Shown piece after piece: positions 1 to 12,113 of a stretch of 64,000 bases of DNA (positions within the stretch are counted from its first letter, which is position 1; each line of letters opens with the position of its first letter). The position numbers and the translations under genes were made by a program. Source of the DNA: Octopus sinensis (lineage: Eukaryota); contig NC_043006.1 in NCBI RefSeq assembly GCF_006345805.1, forward strand, positions 55,614,001-55,678,000, given 5' to 3'. Below the pieces are notes generated by a model that was given only the letters and a program-made list of their open reading frames with translations, ran no database searches and was not told the origin of the DNA.

Positions 1-12
1 GCTATTACCCCA

Positions 13-2922
13 GTGCACCAATTCCCCACATTGCTGCCACTAACACACACAAAAAATCCAAGCCCCCTGCAACAGTCAAAACCAGCCACTACACTAACCT
101 CCACATTCCTACTCAATGCACAAGGTGTCAGCCCTTCCATCAATGCACAAAAATGGAAGGTCCAATTCATTGAAGACTGGGTTGGTAACCATTCACACCA
201 CATCCCTTTCTTCATTCTCACTGAGACCCACCTTGACAACCCCCACTTGGAAGCCGAAGTGAGAGTGAAGAATTTCACAACCATCCGCGCGGATCGTATC
301 GGCAGGAGGAAGGGTGGAACTGCCATTTTCCTGCATGATTCATTTACGGCAGATGGAAATAGTATATTCTCCAACGGCTACTGTGAATCAGTCACCGTGC
401 ACAACAAAGCCAATGACCTGACAGTAATTGGACTCTATAGGCCGCCCCAAACACCCATACTGTGCTTTAAAGAATGCCTCAACAGCATTAAGTGCTTTAT
501 TCAACAGTGCCATTCTAGCAACATACTCATGATGGGAGACTTCAATCTACCCTGTGTTGACTGGACTACAAACTGTTTGAAACCAAGCACTCCCGCCTCA
601 ACCGCTGACAAAGAAGCAGCAGAGTCACTTTTCGACTTTACGAATGAGTTTTTCTTGTCCCAACTTGTCCTTGCACCAACAAGACATCAGAACATTTTGG
701 ACCTAGTGTTTAGTAACCACACTAACACTATACATAACGTTACAGTGGAAAAAACCCTTCTTTCAGACCATGACATGGTTCTCTGTAACATGAAATTCCA
801 CCAGCCGAAAGCTAATCCTAGTGACCTTCCTCCAGCCCACCCATTTGACAACATGGATCTCCATAAAGCCAACTGGGATGCAATCAGGAACGAGCTATCA
901 AATGTTGACTGGTCCTTTACACATACACACATCTCCACCAACCATAAAACATCTTGGCAGATCTTTGTAGACACCGTCACAGACATATGTGCAAAACACT
1001 CCCCACCAAGACCTGTGAACAAAAAGTGCAGAATCCCCCAAAACAGAAAAACCATTATCAGAAAAATAAAAAGAACAAACAAAAAAATTAACAAACTAAA
1101 GTACTGCCAACAGCAACACACACATTCGACGGCTATCGCACTGCTTGAATCCAAAAAATATAACCTCCAACAATGCATGAAGACCCTCATCAATAACCAA
1201 AGATCAGCTGAGGAGAAGTGGGCCATTGAAAAAATCAAACTCAACCCCAAAGTGTTCTTTTCATTTGCGAGGAAACGCAGGGTCACTGTCTCCACTGTAG
1301 GCCCTCTAATTGACGAAACTGGCACTCTCCAAGATAATGCCAAATCCATGGCCGAGATACTGCAGAAACAATACTGCTCTGTTTTCAGCAATCCTGATAT
1401 GGCCGATCTGGGCTGTATCAGTGATGTCAACCCCCAACACACTATATCGGACATAACGTTTAGTGCCCCTGATGTCTTAGCGGCGATAAACGAAATAAAA
1501 CACAATTCAGCAGTAGGCCCCGATAGGTTCCCTGCTTGTGTCCTGAAGGTGTGTCGACACCAACTTGCATCTCCCCTTGCTAATCTGTGGAGAAACTCAC
1601 TGGATGCTGGCTATATTCCAAAAAACCTTCTGTCCCAGTCTGTTGTCCCAGTTTTCAAAAAGGGAAACAAGTCCCTTGCAGTGAACTACCGTCCGATCTC
1701 ACTCACCTCTCATATCATCAAGGTATTTGAGAGGGTGGTGAGATCTCGAATAACCCAATTTCTGGAAAGCAACAGACGGCTGATCTCCAACCAACATGGG
1801 TTCCGTAATGGAAGGGACTGCCTAACGCAGCTCCTGCATCACTTTGAGGACATTTTAAGAGCTTTGGGAGAGGGCTCCAACACCGATGTCATCTACCTTG
1901 AATACAGTAAGGCCTTCGACAGGGTCGATCACAAGATCCTATTGAAAAAACTATCCAACATTGGTGTCTCTGGAAAGTTACTGAAATGGATTAAGTGTTT
2001 CCTGACAGACAGATCTCAACATGTTGTAGTTGAAGGGGTAAAATCAAGCCCAGCCAAAGTCAGTAGTGACGTTCCGCAAGGCACTGTGCTGGGCCCACTT
2101 CTTTTCATCATTTACATTAATGACATTAATGACATCATCAAGCACAGCAACATAAAAATCTTTGCAGATGACTCCAAGCTACAGAAGGTCATAAATGAGG
2201 CGAGTGACCGGACATGCCTTCAGTCAGATCTACTGGCTGTTATCCAATGGGCAGAAAAAAACAATATGCTGCTGAACGAGGATAAATTTGAGCTAATCCA
2301 CTTTGGAAAAGAGGATGCCCTGAAACTCCCATACTCCCTTCCTTCAGGTGAAACTCTCGCGGCGTCCAACAACATCAGAGACCTGGGAGTAATTGTGGAC
2401 AACAACGTAAGCTGGGCCACTCATATAAACACCAAAGTTGACATGGCCCGCAGAATGTGTTCCTGGATTCTCAGAACTTTCCAGTCGAGAGATATCCACA
2501 CCATTATCCTTCTCTTCTCCACTTTTGCCCGACCCCACCTTGAATACTGTTGTCCACTGTGGTCTCCCCATACAATACAAGGTATCATAAAAGTTGAAGC
2601 ACCTCAAAGGGCAATCACAAAAAAGATAGATGGCATGACAGGCCTCGACTATTGGGGTCGACTAGAAAAGCTAAAACTCTATTCTCTCCAACGTCGTCGT
2701 GAGCGCTACATCATCTGCATGATGTGGAAAATATTCCATCAGCATTGCCCAAATGATGTTGGCATCACCTTTAAGGTACATCCAAGGCTTGGGCCCCGTG
2801 CCATCCGCCCAAAACAAAAATCGCACTCTCATCTCATAACAACAATACGGCACAATTATTTCACCTCAATTGGCCCCGCTCTCTCTTTAACATTATTACA
2901 TACATACATACATATTCGATAA
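13..2922 (+). CDS. CR1-type LINE ORF2 (APE endonuclease plus reverse transcriptase), open reading frame, 3' end lost
   Basis: 969-aa ORF. APE motifs: NAQG, TETHL, YRPP, GDFNLP, NILDLVF, SDH. RT motifs: YRPISLTS, QHGFRNGRDC, LEYSKAFD, VPQGTVLGPLLF, FADD, RDLG. LINE homology ends near 2896 where a (TACA)n-bounded inverted duplication begins, so the last codons are read-through. Confidence 0.92.
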   Translation: MHQFPTLLPLTHTKNPSPLQQSKPATTLTSTFLLNAQGVSPSINAQKWKVQFIEDWVGNHSHHIPFFILTETHLDNPHLEAEVRVKNFTTIRADRIGRRKGGTAIFLHDSFTADGNSIFSNGYCESVTVHNKANDLTVIGLYRPPQTPILCFKECLNSIKCFIQQCHSSNILMMGDFNLPCVDWTTNCLKPSTPASTADKEAAESLFDFTNEFFLSQLVLAPTRHQNILDLVFSNHTNTIHNVTVEKTLLSDHDMVLCNMKFHQPKANPSDLPPAHPFDNMDLHKANWDAIRNELSNVDWSFTHTHISTNHKTSWQIFVDTVTDICAKHSPPRPVNKKCRIPQNRKTIIRKIKRTNKKINKLKYCQQQHTHSTAIALLESKKYNLQQCMKTLINNQRSAEEKWAIEKIKLNPKVFFSFARKRRVTVSTVGPLIDETGTLQDNAKSMAEILQKQYCSVFSNPDMADLGCISDVNPQHTISDITFSAPDVLAAINEIKHNSAVGPDRFPACVLKVCRHQLASPLANLWRNSLDAGYIPKNLLSQSVVPVFKKGNKSLAVNYRPISLTSHIIKVFERVVRSRITQFLESNRRLISNQHGFRNGRDCLTQLLHHFEDILRALGEGSNTDVIYLEYSKAFDRVDHKILLKKLSNIGVSGKLLKWIKCFLTDRSQHVVVEGVKSSPAKVSSDVPQGTVLGPLLFIIYINDINDIIKHSNIKIFADDSKLQKVINEASDRTCLQSDLLAVIQWAEKNNMLLNEDKFELIHFGKEDALKLPYSLPSGETLAASNNIRDLGVIVDNNVSWATHINTKVDMARRMCSWILRTFQSRDIHTIILLFSTFARPHLEYCCPLWSPHTIQGIIKVEAPQRAITKKIDGMTGLDYWGRLEKLKLYSLQRRRERYIICMMWKIFHQHCPNDVGITFKVHPRLGPRAIRPKQKSHSHLITTIRHNYFTSIGPALSLTLLHTYIHIR

Positions 2923-3212
2923 TTGAGAAACATAATGAAAGTCGTTGTATAACAAAATGAGTGAAGATATAAATTCAGACGGCCATGTTCTTTTTCGAAT
3001 GTTACGAGTGAATTATCATCTTAAGCCAATCTAATAATGTATATATATATATGAGGAACAACCGTGCAGAACACACCTGTCTCTGAGAACCTGAACGCGA
3101 CTCTTTCATTTAGCCAATCTAATAATGTATATATATATATGAGGAACAACCGTGCAGAACACACCTGTCTCTGAGAACCTGAACGCGACTCTTTCATTTA
3201 GCCAATCTAATA

Positions 3213-3252
<40 letters not shown>

Positions 3253-3889
3253 TATTAGATTGGCTAAATGAAAGAGTCGCGTTCAGGTTCTCAGAGACAG
3301 GTGTGTTCTGCACGGTTGTTCCTCTTCACAAATAATTGTAAGTTGATAGCTGCAGGAACGTCATAGGGAATCCAAAAGGAATGAAGTGATGTAAAGAATG
3401 GCTTGGTAAGTGTGAGAGTGGCGATTGAGAGTTGTATATATCGTCAATAAGGAGATAAATAGACTCACATGTGCAAGTTAAATATGTTCCTTCACTCTAA
3501 AGGAAATCCCCAGTCCCACACATAAATGATTATCTACAAGAATTTCCAAAAGAGTTACATATGAGCTACAGATAAGGATACAGTGGTTCATGGCCGGTGG
3601 TTTTACTCATTGTGGTAACTCATCGATGGTGTTACTCATTGTTACTCATCGGTGGTGTTAACCATTGTGGTAACTCATCGCGTCAAATATCAAGGACCAT
3701 ATTGTACATTTACATATTAGTATATCTAGATGTCTACATATATGTAAACAATTGAATTGTATTTACATCGTTTCGTGTGCTTAAGATGATAATTCACTCG
3801 TAACATTCGAAAAAGAACATGGCCGTCTGAATTTATATCTTCACTCATTTTGTTATACAACGACTTTCATTATGTTTCTCAATTATCGA

Positions 3890-3908
<19 letters not shown>
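2897..3908. repeat. Nested inverted repeat: 130-bp outer arms (2897-3026 and 3779-3908) around 88-bp tandem units and a (TA)n-centred foldback (3141-3324)
   Basis: The outer arms read as exact reverse complements. The unit GAGGAACAACC...CCAATCTAATAATG(TA)n starts at 3053 and 3141 and occurs inverted at 3250-3324. Confidence 0.9.
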
Positions 3909-3920
<12 letters not shown>

Positions 3921-5419
3921 TGTATGTATGTATGTATGTATGTATGTATGTATGTATGTATGTATGTATGTATGTATGTATGTATGTATGTATGTATGTA
4001 TGTATGTGTATGTATGTGTGTGATAAAAAAATATGGTATATATATTTTGGATTGCAATTAAAGAATAGTTGTAATATTTTTTCCGGAAGACATTTTTGGC
4101 CGATATTTTGACTTACAATTAAGCTGTTGCTGCTATTGTCGTTCATGTTTTTGTGTCATTGAACGAAAGTCAATATTCTATTTACTGCAATATTTAGCGA
4201 TTCCGTGTGGTCCCTACATGAAGGGTAATTGTTGCAAATCAATTAGAATTTCTTAGTTGCTGTTAATTTTTCTCGTTATTGTTCTGCAAGGAAAAATATT
4301 AAAAAATATTTCCGAAAAGGAACCCTCCCCCCCACAAAAAAAAACTTAAGGAACGTCACTTAAGAGTTGATATATGATGACTGAAGATGTATAACTGTAG
4401 AACCAGACTTGTCTCATGATTTCCGCTTTCATCAGTTAATTCGCATCTACTGATCAAAGCGTCACATTTTGGCAGGGTTATCAGCCTGGTTGTAAGTCAT
4501 GGCCTATTTGCTTCATAATTATTTCTTTAATATTTTATACGTATAATAAAGCGGCGAGCAGATGGAATCGTTAGCACGCTGGGTGAAATGTATCCAAGGC
4601 ATGAAATGCCTGTCTGTCTGTCTGTCTGCCTAATTGAGCCAAATAAAAATGCTACTCACTACGGGTAAAAAATTTACCTCTAAATAGGTAGTTTTTAAAG
4701 GGGCCATCTAATATCAAAAGTTAGTTACTTCGTTTGTTAAACATTGCTTTACTACTACAAATATCAGACCGCATATACATACTCCCAATTATTATAAGAA
4801 GGATATTTTTTGCTTAAGTATTTCGTTGTAATTCCTCTCTGTGAATATCACAATTGTCTACTTTTGATATTTCCATTTATGCAAAGATAACACTTTGTCT
4901 ATCACAACTTCTTCTTTTAACTATGAATTAATCTATAGACCTAGAAAAATTATACTAAGATTGAAATAAAATATTCCTGGCTTAAATTATTTATAGAAGC
5001 AACATGAAGATTAAAACGTTGTTGGTTTTAACTTTAACTTGTTTTTCTCAGTAACGCATTATTTTTCTGATCATTTTATATCATTCTTATAACTTGTGCT
5101 TTATCTTTTTCATAAACAATTCAAAATTATCAGTCAAAAGATGTTAGTTATTAAGTGAGCCATAGATGATCTGTACGAAATCGACTAAAATACTTCAAAC
5201 AATAAAATTAATATGTTTGAAATAAAATTTTCTCAAATATATTTTCGAGAATAAATAATTCAGTTTTCTGGAATAAGACTCTTCAAAAGCGTTACATTAG
5301 ATTCTCAAACTAAATTTATTCATTAATATTTTACTTATCGTTGAACCGTTCATATAGTTTTATATTTTAGCAATATGAAACATGTATTGACTTGGGTCTT
5401 AGACATGTCATATAACTTT

Positions 5420-5685
5420 CGACTCACAAGGTCGGAGGTTTACTCGGTTTTCATGGCGCATAAGTGCCTGAAATTACAGCACTCCCCCACAGAACAGGGC
5501 GCTGGTTCATCGCATGGTTAACTTCCAAGATATTGCTGGAACTCATTTCATACCCAGATGGACTTCAGCGCCGTGATATGAAGTGTTTTGCTCCAGAACA
5601 CAAACGCACCTCCCAATCCCCGGAATCTAAACCACAGCCTTATGATCTCGAATGCAACACTATAATCGCTAAGCCACGTGTATGC
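5420..5685 (-). mobile_element. tRNA-derived SINE (family C), decayed
   Basis: The minus strand starts GTGGCTTAGCGATTATAGTGTTGCATT...GGTTTAGATTCC (A-box and B-box-like), followed by TTGTGTTCTGGAGCAAAACACTTCAT. A similar block is present in the copy at 6680-6965. Confidence 0.55.
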
Positions 5686-6679
5686 CAAAATATATTAAAA
5701 AAAAGCGTGCAGAATGCTTATATTCTTCACATCCTCCATGTACATCTTACATTTGCTAGGAAATTAGTGTTCAGAGTTATAGAACAAAAAACATGTACTA
5801 AATTTAAACTAAAGGCATATATATAATAAGGTAGTCTAATAAAATATTCGTTGCATGACATACCTACAGCAATATTTTTATATATTAGTAAAAAGTTCAA
5901 CTTAAGATTTTTGGCGAAATGTCGAAACATGTAGGGAAGTACAATTAAATAAGCAATTACTTTATTTACTTTCTCCATTAGAAATATAACATAACGATTT
6001 ATCGTCTTGCTTCAAGCATCATATTTCTCATATTGTGAACGAACATAGACGTAAAATTTGTTCATATTTTATCTATGATTGTAACGACTATATATTACAA
6101 AGATCATCTATTTCTGTTACGAATTCACCTCCTAATAGATATATTGATGAGTATATACATTTCTTGCTTGTATCAGATAGAAATTAGAAATTAAATGTAT
6201 TTATTTTAACATGTCTTTTTATATTTAATTTCCAATCGGCATTTAGTCGGCACAAAGTTTTCTGGTATTGTGAAAGAATTCACATGAGAATATTTTCTGC
6301 TTTGTTATTATTATTATTTTTTGAGACGTAATTACATGTAAAAGTACACTACTGATTTTCCGGTAATTTTTCGCTGCCACTGTTTCATGATACAACTTTG
6401 TTCACTAGTAAAAAAAAATATCATGAAAGCATAATTCTCCTTAAATCTAACTAAAAGCGATTAAAATTAAATTTATCACCACCTGCGAACTCACTAAGCT
6501 CTCCGCCTCTCCCCCCTCTCTCTCTCTGAAGTGCAAGTTAATGAATAATTTCATTTTTGAGGATCTAGTGAGCTTCAGTAGTTAGGCGGTCAGCACTTAT
6601 AAAATTTCGTTTTAAGTATTTGTGCCTTCTTATTATTCGAACTGAAGAGTTGGAAGGCTGTTTCAAATTAAAGTTTAGT

Positions 6680-6965
6680 GATAGACTCTCCCATCGAATA
6701 CGACGTATGTGTGTTCAGCTTTTGCCGAACGACCTTCACAAATGATTTGTTTATAGTGATCAAATGTAAGTGCTGTACAATAACTCACTCCTTTCGTCAA
6801 ATTGACATTGCCTGAACTGGTGTACGGTGTATCACATGTCAGGTGTCGAAACAATCGCAGAGCAACGTGAGGTGAAGCGTTATGCTCAAGATCACAACGT
6901 GTCACGCGGTCTAGGAATTGAATTCACGATCTCCCGATCGTTAGTGTAACAGCCTAGCCATGTTC
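6680..6965 (-). mobile_element. tRNA-derived SINE (family C)
   Basis: Minus-strand head TGGCTAGGCTGTTACACT...GAATTCAATTCC followed by TTGTGATCTTGAGCATAACGCTTCA. Confidence 0.55.
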
Positions 6966-7299
6966 TCACAAGACTTAGTAACGTAAACGATAATAATAAA
7001 ACGACAGAAATCTCCTAGAATTTTAGCTAGAATTACTGTCATGTTTGTAGCATTTAATCCTGCACTGCTGCACGGTTCTGGAACGAAAGATACCACAAAA
7101 TCGGTGGTGTATAAAGTGCATTGCAAATTGCTTCAGGTTCTCGTGTTGTCGCGAGCAAATATTGAATCTTTTGGGTTTCCGCACCCCATACTTGACTGAG
7201 CGGATGTAACAGGTAGGGGAAAATCCAAAAGTTGACGTATATGTGTGTGTGTATAGTATAGTATAGTATAGTATAGTGTAATATATATATATATTTTTT

Positions 7300-8022
7300 C
7301 TGAAATTACGGATGCAAAAGTAAAAAAATGTGGTAGACCGAACTGTGCAACATGTCCAAACCTGCTAGAAGGATCAGAATTCCTCTTCAAAGAGGGACAG
7401 AAATTCAAGATCAAATCTAATTTTACTTGTGCCTCTGAAAACATAATTTATGCCATAAGATGCTCGGGCTGCCACCAAAACTACGTGGGGTCCACGGGAC
7501 TATCACTCAGACGTAGATGCACACTGCATCGACGACAGATTGCATTCCCAGAATACAGAATGATACCCTTTAGTGAGCACATTGAGAAATGCGCAAAGCA
7601 ACTACTACCACAATTTTTAATCTTTCCATCTTACCAATGTGCTATCGGAACACCAACACAAATTAGACTAAACAAGGAAACATTCTTCATTGAAAAATAC
7701 AAGCCCAAACTTAACCATTCCAACATTCTTATACAGAGAAACTCACCCCCCCCAAAAGGCAAGAAATATTAAGCGACTATCTCCCTTACACCGGAAGAAA
7801 TCACTTATTACCTCCCCTTATCTGGAACTCTTCTTTACACTTCTCAACGAAAACATAACGATGTAAGAAATTTGAAAAGCTGAACGTGAAACCGGTCATT
7901 TCTTCAAAAACTATGTCATTGTATGAAAAAAATTTATAACATTCTTCTGACATAATGACTCAAATATATATTTTTTAACCTTTCAAAACAAGCCTTCTGT
8001 AGTTTTTTCACTTTTTACTATT
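7300..8022 (+). mobile_element. Penelope-like element 3' fragment (Neptune-type Zn-finger plus GIY-YIG), ending at (TA)n
   Basis: CGRPNCATC, FTCASENIIYAIRCSGC and YVGSTG...RRRC...H...RLNKETFFIEKY across two frames. The 3' tail matches 25472-25640 inverted. Confidence 0.8.
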
Positions 8023-8057
<35 letters not shown>

Positions 8058-8059
<2 letters not shown>

Positions 8060-8290
8060 TAGTTGAATGAATTATCCTAGTATGGATAATTCGGTTAACT
8101 GATACCCGGGTAGCAAATTTACGTTAGAAAACACGGTTGAAGCTACATGCCAAGGGCAGAAATCACGTGCTTTCGTGTGGAAATTTGTGTTTTTTTTAAT
8201 ATAAATAAATGAAAGAATGGAGTCGAACGACGATTTAACAAAATTCCTTTACTTCGAATTTTGTTAAATCGTCGTTCGACTCCATTCTTA
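8058..8290 (-). mobile_element. Short 3' end of the PLE family at 30523-32190, ending in a foldback hairpin, with (TA)n on both sides
   Basis: About 190 bp colinear with 30523-30725, then a perfect 33-bp inverted repeat (8214-8246 and 8256-8288). Confidence 0.8.
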
Positions 8291-8337
<47 letters not shown>

Positions 8338-8355
8338 GTGTGTGCGTGTGTGAAC

Positions 8356-8722
8356 TCTCTTTACTTGTTTCAGTCATTTGACTGAGACCATGCTGGAGCA
8401 TCTCCTTTTAGTCGAGCAAATCGACCCCAGGACTTATTCTTTGTAAGTCTAGTACTTATTCTATCGGGCTCTTTTGCCGAATCGCTAGGTTACGGGGACG
8501 TAAACATACCAGCATCGGTTGTCAAGTTAAATTTGGGGGGGACAAACACAGACACACAAACATATACACGCACATACATATATATACATATATATGATGG
8601 GCTTCTTTTAGTTTCCGTCTACCAAATCCACTCACAAGGCTTTGGTCGGCACGGGGTTATAGTAGAAGATACTTCCCCAAAGGGCCATGCTGTGGGACTG
8701 AACCCGGAACCATATGGTTCGT
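8356..8722 (-). mobile_element. tRNA-derived SINE family A (CORE-like, internal microsatellite)
   Basis: Aligns with the full-length copy at 45150-45557 (tail CCAGCATGG...CAGTCAAATGACTGAAACAAG). Confidence 0.85.
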
Positions 8723-8973
8723 GTGCGTGCGAGCGGTGGTGCATGTGTATGTGGCTACATTGTAAAAATATACTACTTTCAGTCGTTGGACGGTGGCCAT
8801 TGTGTGTCACGAGCTCCAATTGTATGGATCAATCGTACTGACATTAGTAATTATTTTATCAATCTTTAGGAAATTGCTAATTAATAGTTCAGCATGGATA
8901 TAAATCATCACAACCGTATATATGTATATGTGTCTGAGTGCATACTTATATACCTTCCTACATAATTAAAATA

Positions 8974-9728
8974 AAGTCATTAATTAATGATTTATCAGTG
9001 ACTAGCATACGAAAAAACCATATGGGTTAAATAGATATTTAAAGTATAATTATAAATATATAATTATAATTAAGGCACTGGAGGAACAGCGCCTGTACGC
9101 TTTAAATAGACGTCAAACGACTAGAAACCACTTAAGCTAGCACTCCGTTTATCACAAGATTGAATGCGAGAAAAATGAACAGAAAGGATATATAAAGATA
9201 TTGGGAACAACTCTATATCTTAAGATTTCATGTTTTACGATATTAAAATTGCTTTACAATCATCAGTAAGGTACACCGACCGTAAATAAATGAGAAATAC
9301 ATATACATATTCATAGTGATATATCTGTACAAATACGAATATATACATATATTTCATACGTATATACGAAGTAAAACCCCATCGTCCATTTCAACCATGT
9401 GTGTATTTACTCAGAATAATACCGCAGTAAATATGTTTGTGGAGTGAATATATATATATATACTTATATATAGTTAGGATGAAGTCATTAATTAATGATT
9501 TATCAGTGGCCAGCATACAAAAAAACCCATATGGATTAAATTAATATTTAAAGTATAATTATAAATATATAATTATGATTGAGGGTGCTAGAGGGGCAGC
9601 GCCTGTACGCTTGAAATAGACGTCAAACGACTACAAACCACTTAGGTTAGCACCCCGTTTATCACAAGGTTGTATGCGAGTAAAATGGACAAAAATGATT
9701 TATAAAAATAATGTGGACAACCCTATAT
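8974..9728. repeat. Diverged tandem duplication, period about 508 bp, non-coding, carrying a hammerhead motif
   Basis: 8974-9218 aligns with 9482-9728. It shares TTTATCA(A/G)TG(G/A)C(C/T)AGCATA with the 465-bp unit near 57735. Confidence 0.8.
9211..9272 (-). ncRNA. Type I hammerhead ribozyme motif, slightly degenerate
   Basis: Minus strand CCTTA-CTGATGA-TTGT...ACAT-GAAA-TCTTAAGA-TA^TAGAG. Core intact, palindromic stem III ATCTTAAGAT, first pair of stem II mismatched. Confidence 0.55.
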
Positions 9729-9754
9729 ACATTCCTATATATTCGTATATCCAT

Positions 9755-9826
<72 letters not shown>

Positions 9827-11632
9827 GGAATCAAATTTTAAACGAATATTATGAAAAATGCATATGCAATAATATTTATTCATCAATGTAAACTACTAAA
9901 CTTTATTAGTTTCTCTGATCACAAAGTACATACATGTATGAAATATTTTCAAAACCCTGACTAAAAATTGCTTTATGTATAATTATATTCACGATAATAA
10001 GCCACGAGAATGGGCAAGAAAAATATGCGAATTTGCGTTTCAGAAGGTAAAATTAAACTACCGAGACAAACTGAAAGGGAAACATCAGATATCTTTTATT
10101 GATATCTATTTTTTCCATAAATATCCTTTGAAGACACAGGAAAATATGTAAGTTTTTTCTCCTTTTCTCCAACACATATGAACTTCATTCCTATCTAGAT
10201 CTTGCTTGTCGGCTCATAGGCACTTATTCAGCTTATTCAGCACTTATTCAGAGACAAAACTCTCATCTCTTATCTTCAATCCATCAAAGATAATCAGGCT
10301 ACATTCTCTATTAAAACATTTGTGGTCTTTATACTGAAACAGATACCACCCTCTTATCTGTTACTCAGATATCAGCAACAATGCCTTCCAGCCACTCTAG
10401 ATCAACGTCTCCGTCTCCTCGTCTCCAAAATTCATCTGTTCACCTCTATTACTCTCTTTACTCCTCGAACTAATAACACCTATATTGTAGTTCTACTCAA
10501 TTCAAAGAGATCTTAGACTTCCAAGCTACATGACGATCTTACTAGTGCTGGTGCAACGAACAACAGCACCTAGAAAACTCTGTGTACTCGGATTCGTATG
10601 ATCTTCTCACATCGTCCAACCTATGCCGGCATGAAAGATGGACATTAAAAGATGATAATGACAATAATGATGCTGATGGTTGTACTTCTTTTTCTCTTAC
10701 CAAGACTACTTATTCATTTTTTTTTTGAAATGGCGTTGTGCAACAATTTCGCCAATGATTCCTTTGAGACTTTTTCATCAGCACAGTCAGCGGTAACTGA
10801 TTCGTCTTCTCCCACCTCAGAAGTAATGGTTCTATGACTAGGGTTTTGATTAAAATGAATTTATTTATATCAAAAGATCCAACAATCTTATATTCTGACG
10901 TCTTCCATATCAATGATGACATGTCTGTAGTGTTCATTTGTTCTATATATTTACTTGCAGATCTGTTAAAGCTGATACCAGCCTGTCAAAACGAGTTTCA
11001 TGCATTACGCTTCCTCTGTTCAGACCATAGTTGTCATTGTACTACTTATCAAACCTTGTTCCATGATTAAACGTTAAGAAGGATGTACTTCATACTTGTC
11101 ATATTTCCTGATGTCATAAAATCCTCACTGGAAATGTTGGTACACTTCAGGATGTGACAGATGTAACTTTTTGCATCTTCTGGGGATGTTTAAGGAAACA
11201 TTTGATGTAATTTCGTTTAGATACATGCTCCAGTTGGCAGTTTTCTATACTTCGATCAAGATTATCCATTTTCCATCATATTTAGATACTGAAACCATAA
11301 TTTGAAAGTCATTCTGTCCTTCATGTTTCTCTTTCTTTTTATTTTGAGAGCTAAGCTCTCCGCCCAGATGATTTCACTGAACAGCCCTCACCACCATGAT
11401 GCGATTCTTTTGCTTTATGATAGAACTCAGAAAATCATTATATCGTTATTGTAATATTTTTCATAAAATGACATAACTTGTAGTCAACAGGTAAATGTGA
11501 TATCATAAGTTAATTTTCCTGGCTTGTAGATGACTTTAGTATACTAAATGTTTTTAATATAAGCATTGCGTTTATTGCTTGGCTTACTTGGATGTATTCA
11601 TGAATAACTCTTGAGTATACATCATAATAATA

Positions 11633-11830
11633 AAGGCGGCGAGCTGGCAGAATCGTTAGCACGCCGGGCAAAATATTTAACGGCATTTCATCCATTTTTA
11701 CGTGCTGAGTTAAAATTCTGCCGAGATCAACTTTACCTTTCATCATTTAGAGGTCATCGACTTGTCTCCTCCCCTAAAATTACTGGCCTTGTGCCAAAAT
11801 ACGAGACCAATGTACCTCATAAAAATCGTT
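11633..11830 (+). mobile_element. tRNA-derived SINE family B
   Basis: AAGGCGGCGAGCTGGCAGAATCGTTAGCACGCCGGGC head, then CTGAGTTAAAATTCTGCCGAG and TTTCATC. The same family occurs at 4548-4600 and 62915-63360. Confidence 0.75.
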
Positions 11831-12078
11831 CCTGTCTAGAGCCAGCTATGATGTGTAAATATGCATCCCGAAACTCATCTTCATGTAGAATTTTCTTATC
11901 CTTAAAATAATGGAGTCAGTTTCCTTGTTACAAGAGTTGACGAAAATACAGCTAGGGTCATGACGAATGTCCTTCTAAAATTTAAGCTACATGCGTACTA
12001 ATTTGTGGACGTGCATAAATTACATTCACGTACACACACACAGACACATATACACACACACACACTCACACACACACT

Positions 12079-12113
<35 letters not shown>

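Noticed and set aside
687-1505. 272-aa minus-strand ORF, and similar ones at 36034-36477 and 57188-57616
   Set aside because: Antisense shadows of LINE ORF2 with no independent motif.
3025-3215. CRISPR-like repeat-spacer pattern, also considered for the Foldback sub-repeats
   Set aside because: Units are wholly repeated with no unique spacers, the DNA is eukaryotic and there are no cas genes.
4377-4417. Hammerhead-like ATGA-CTGAAGA...GAAC...GTC-TCAT
   Set aside because: GAAA is changed to GAAC and stem II is weak. It may be a decayed ribozyme but cannot be called.
6675-6905. Protein-looking 76-aa ORF
   Set aside because: It lies inside a SINE body with a tRNA-like head directly upstream.
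10650-11450. Possible pogo/Tigger transposase relic on the minus strand
   Set aside because: Only faint motif echoes across many stops and no TIRs found.
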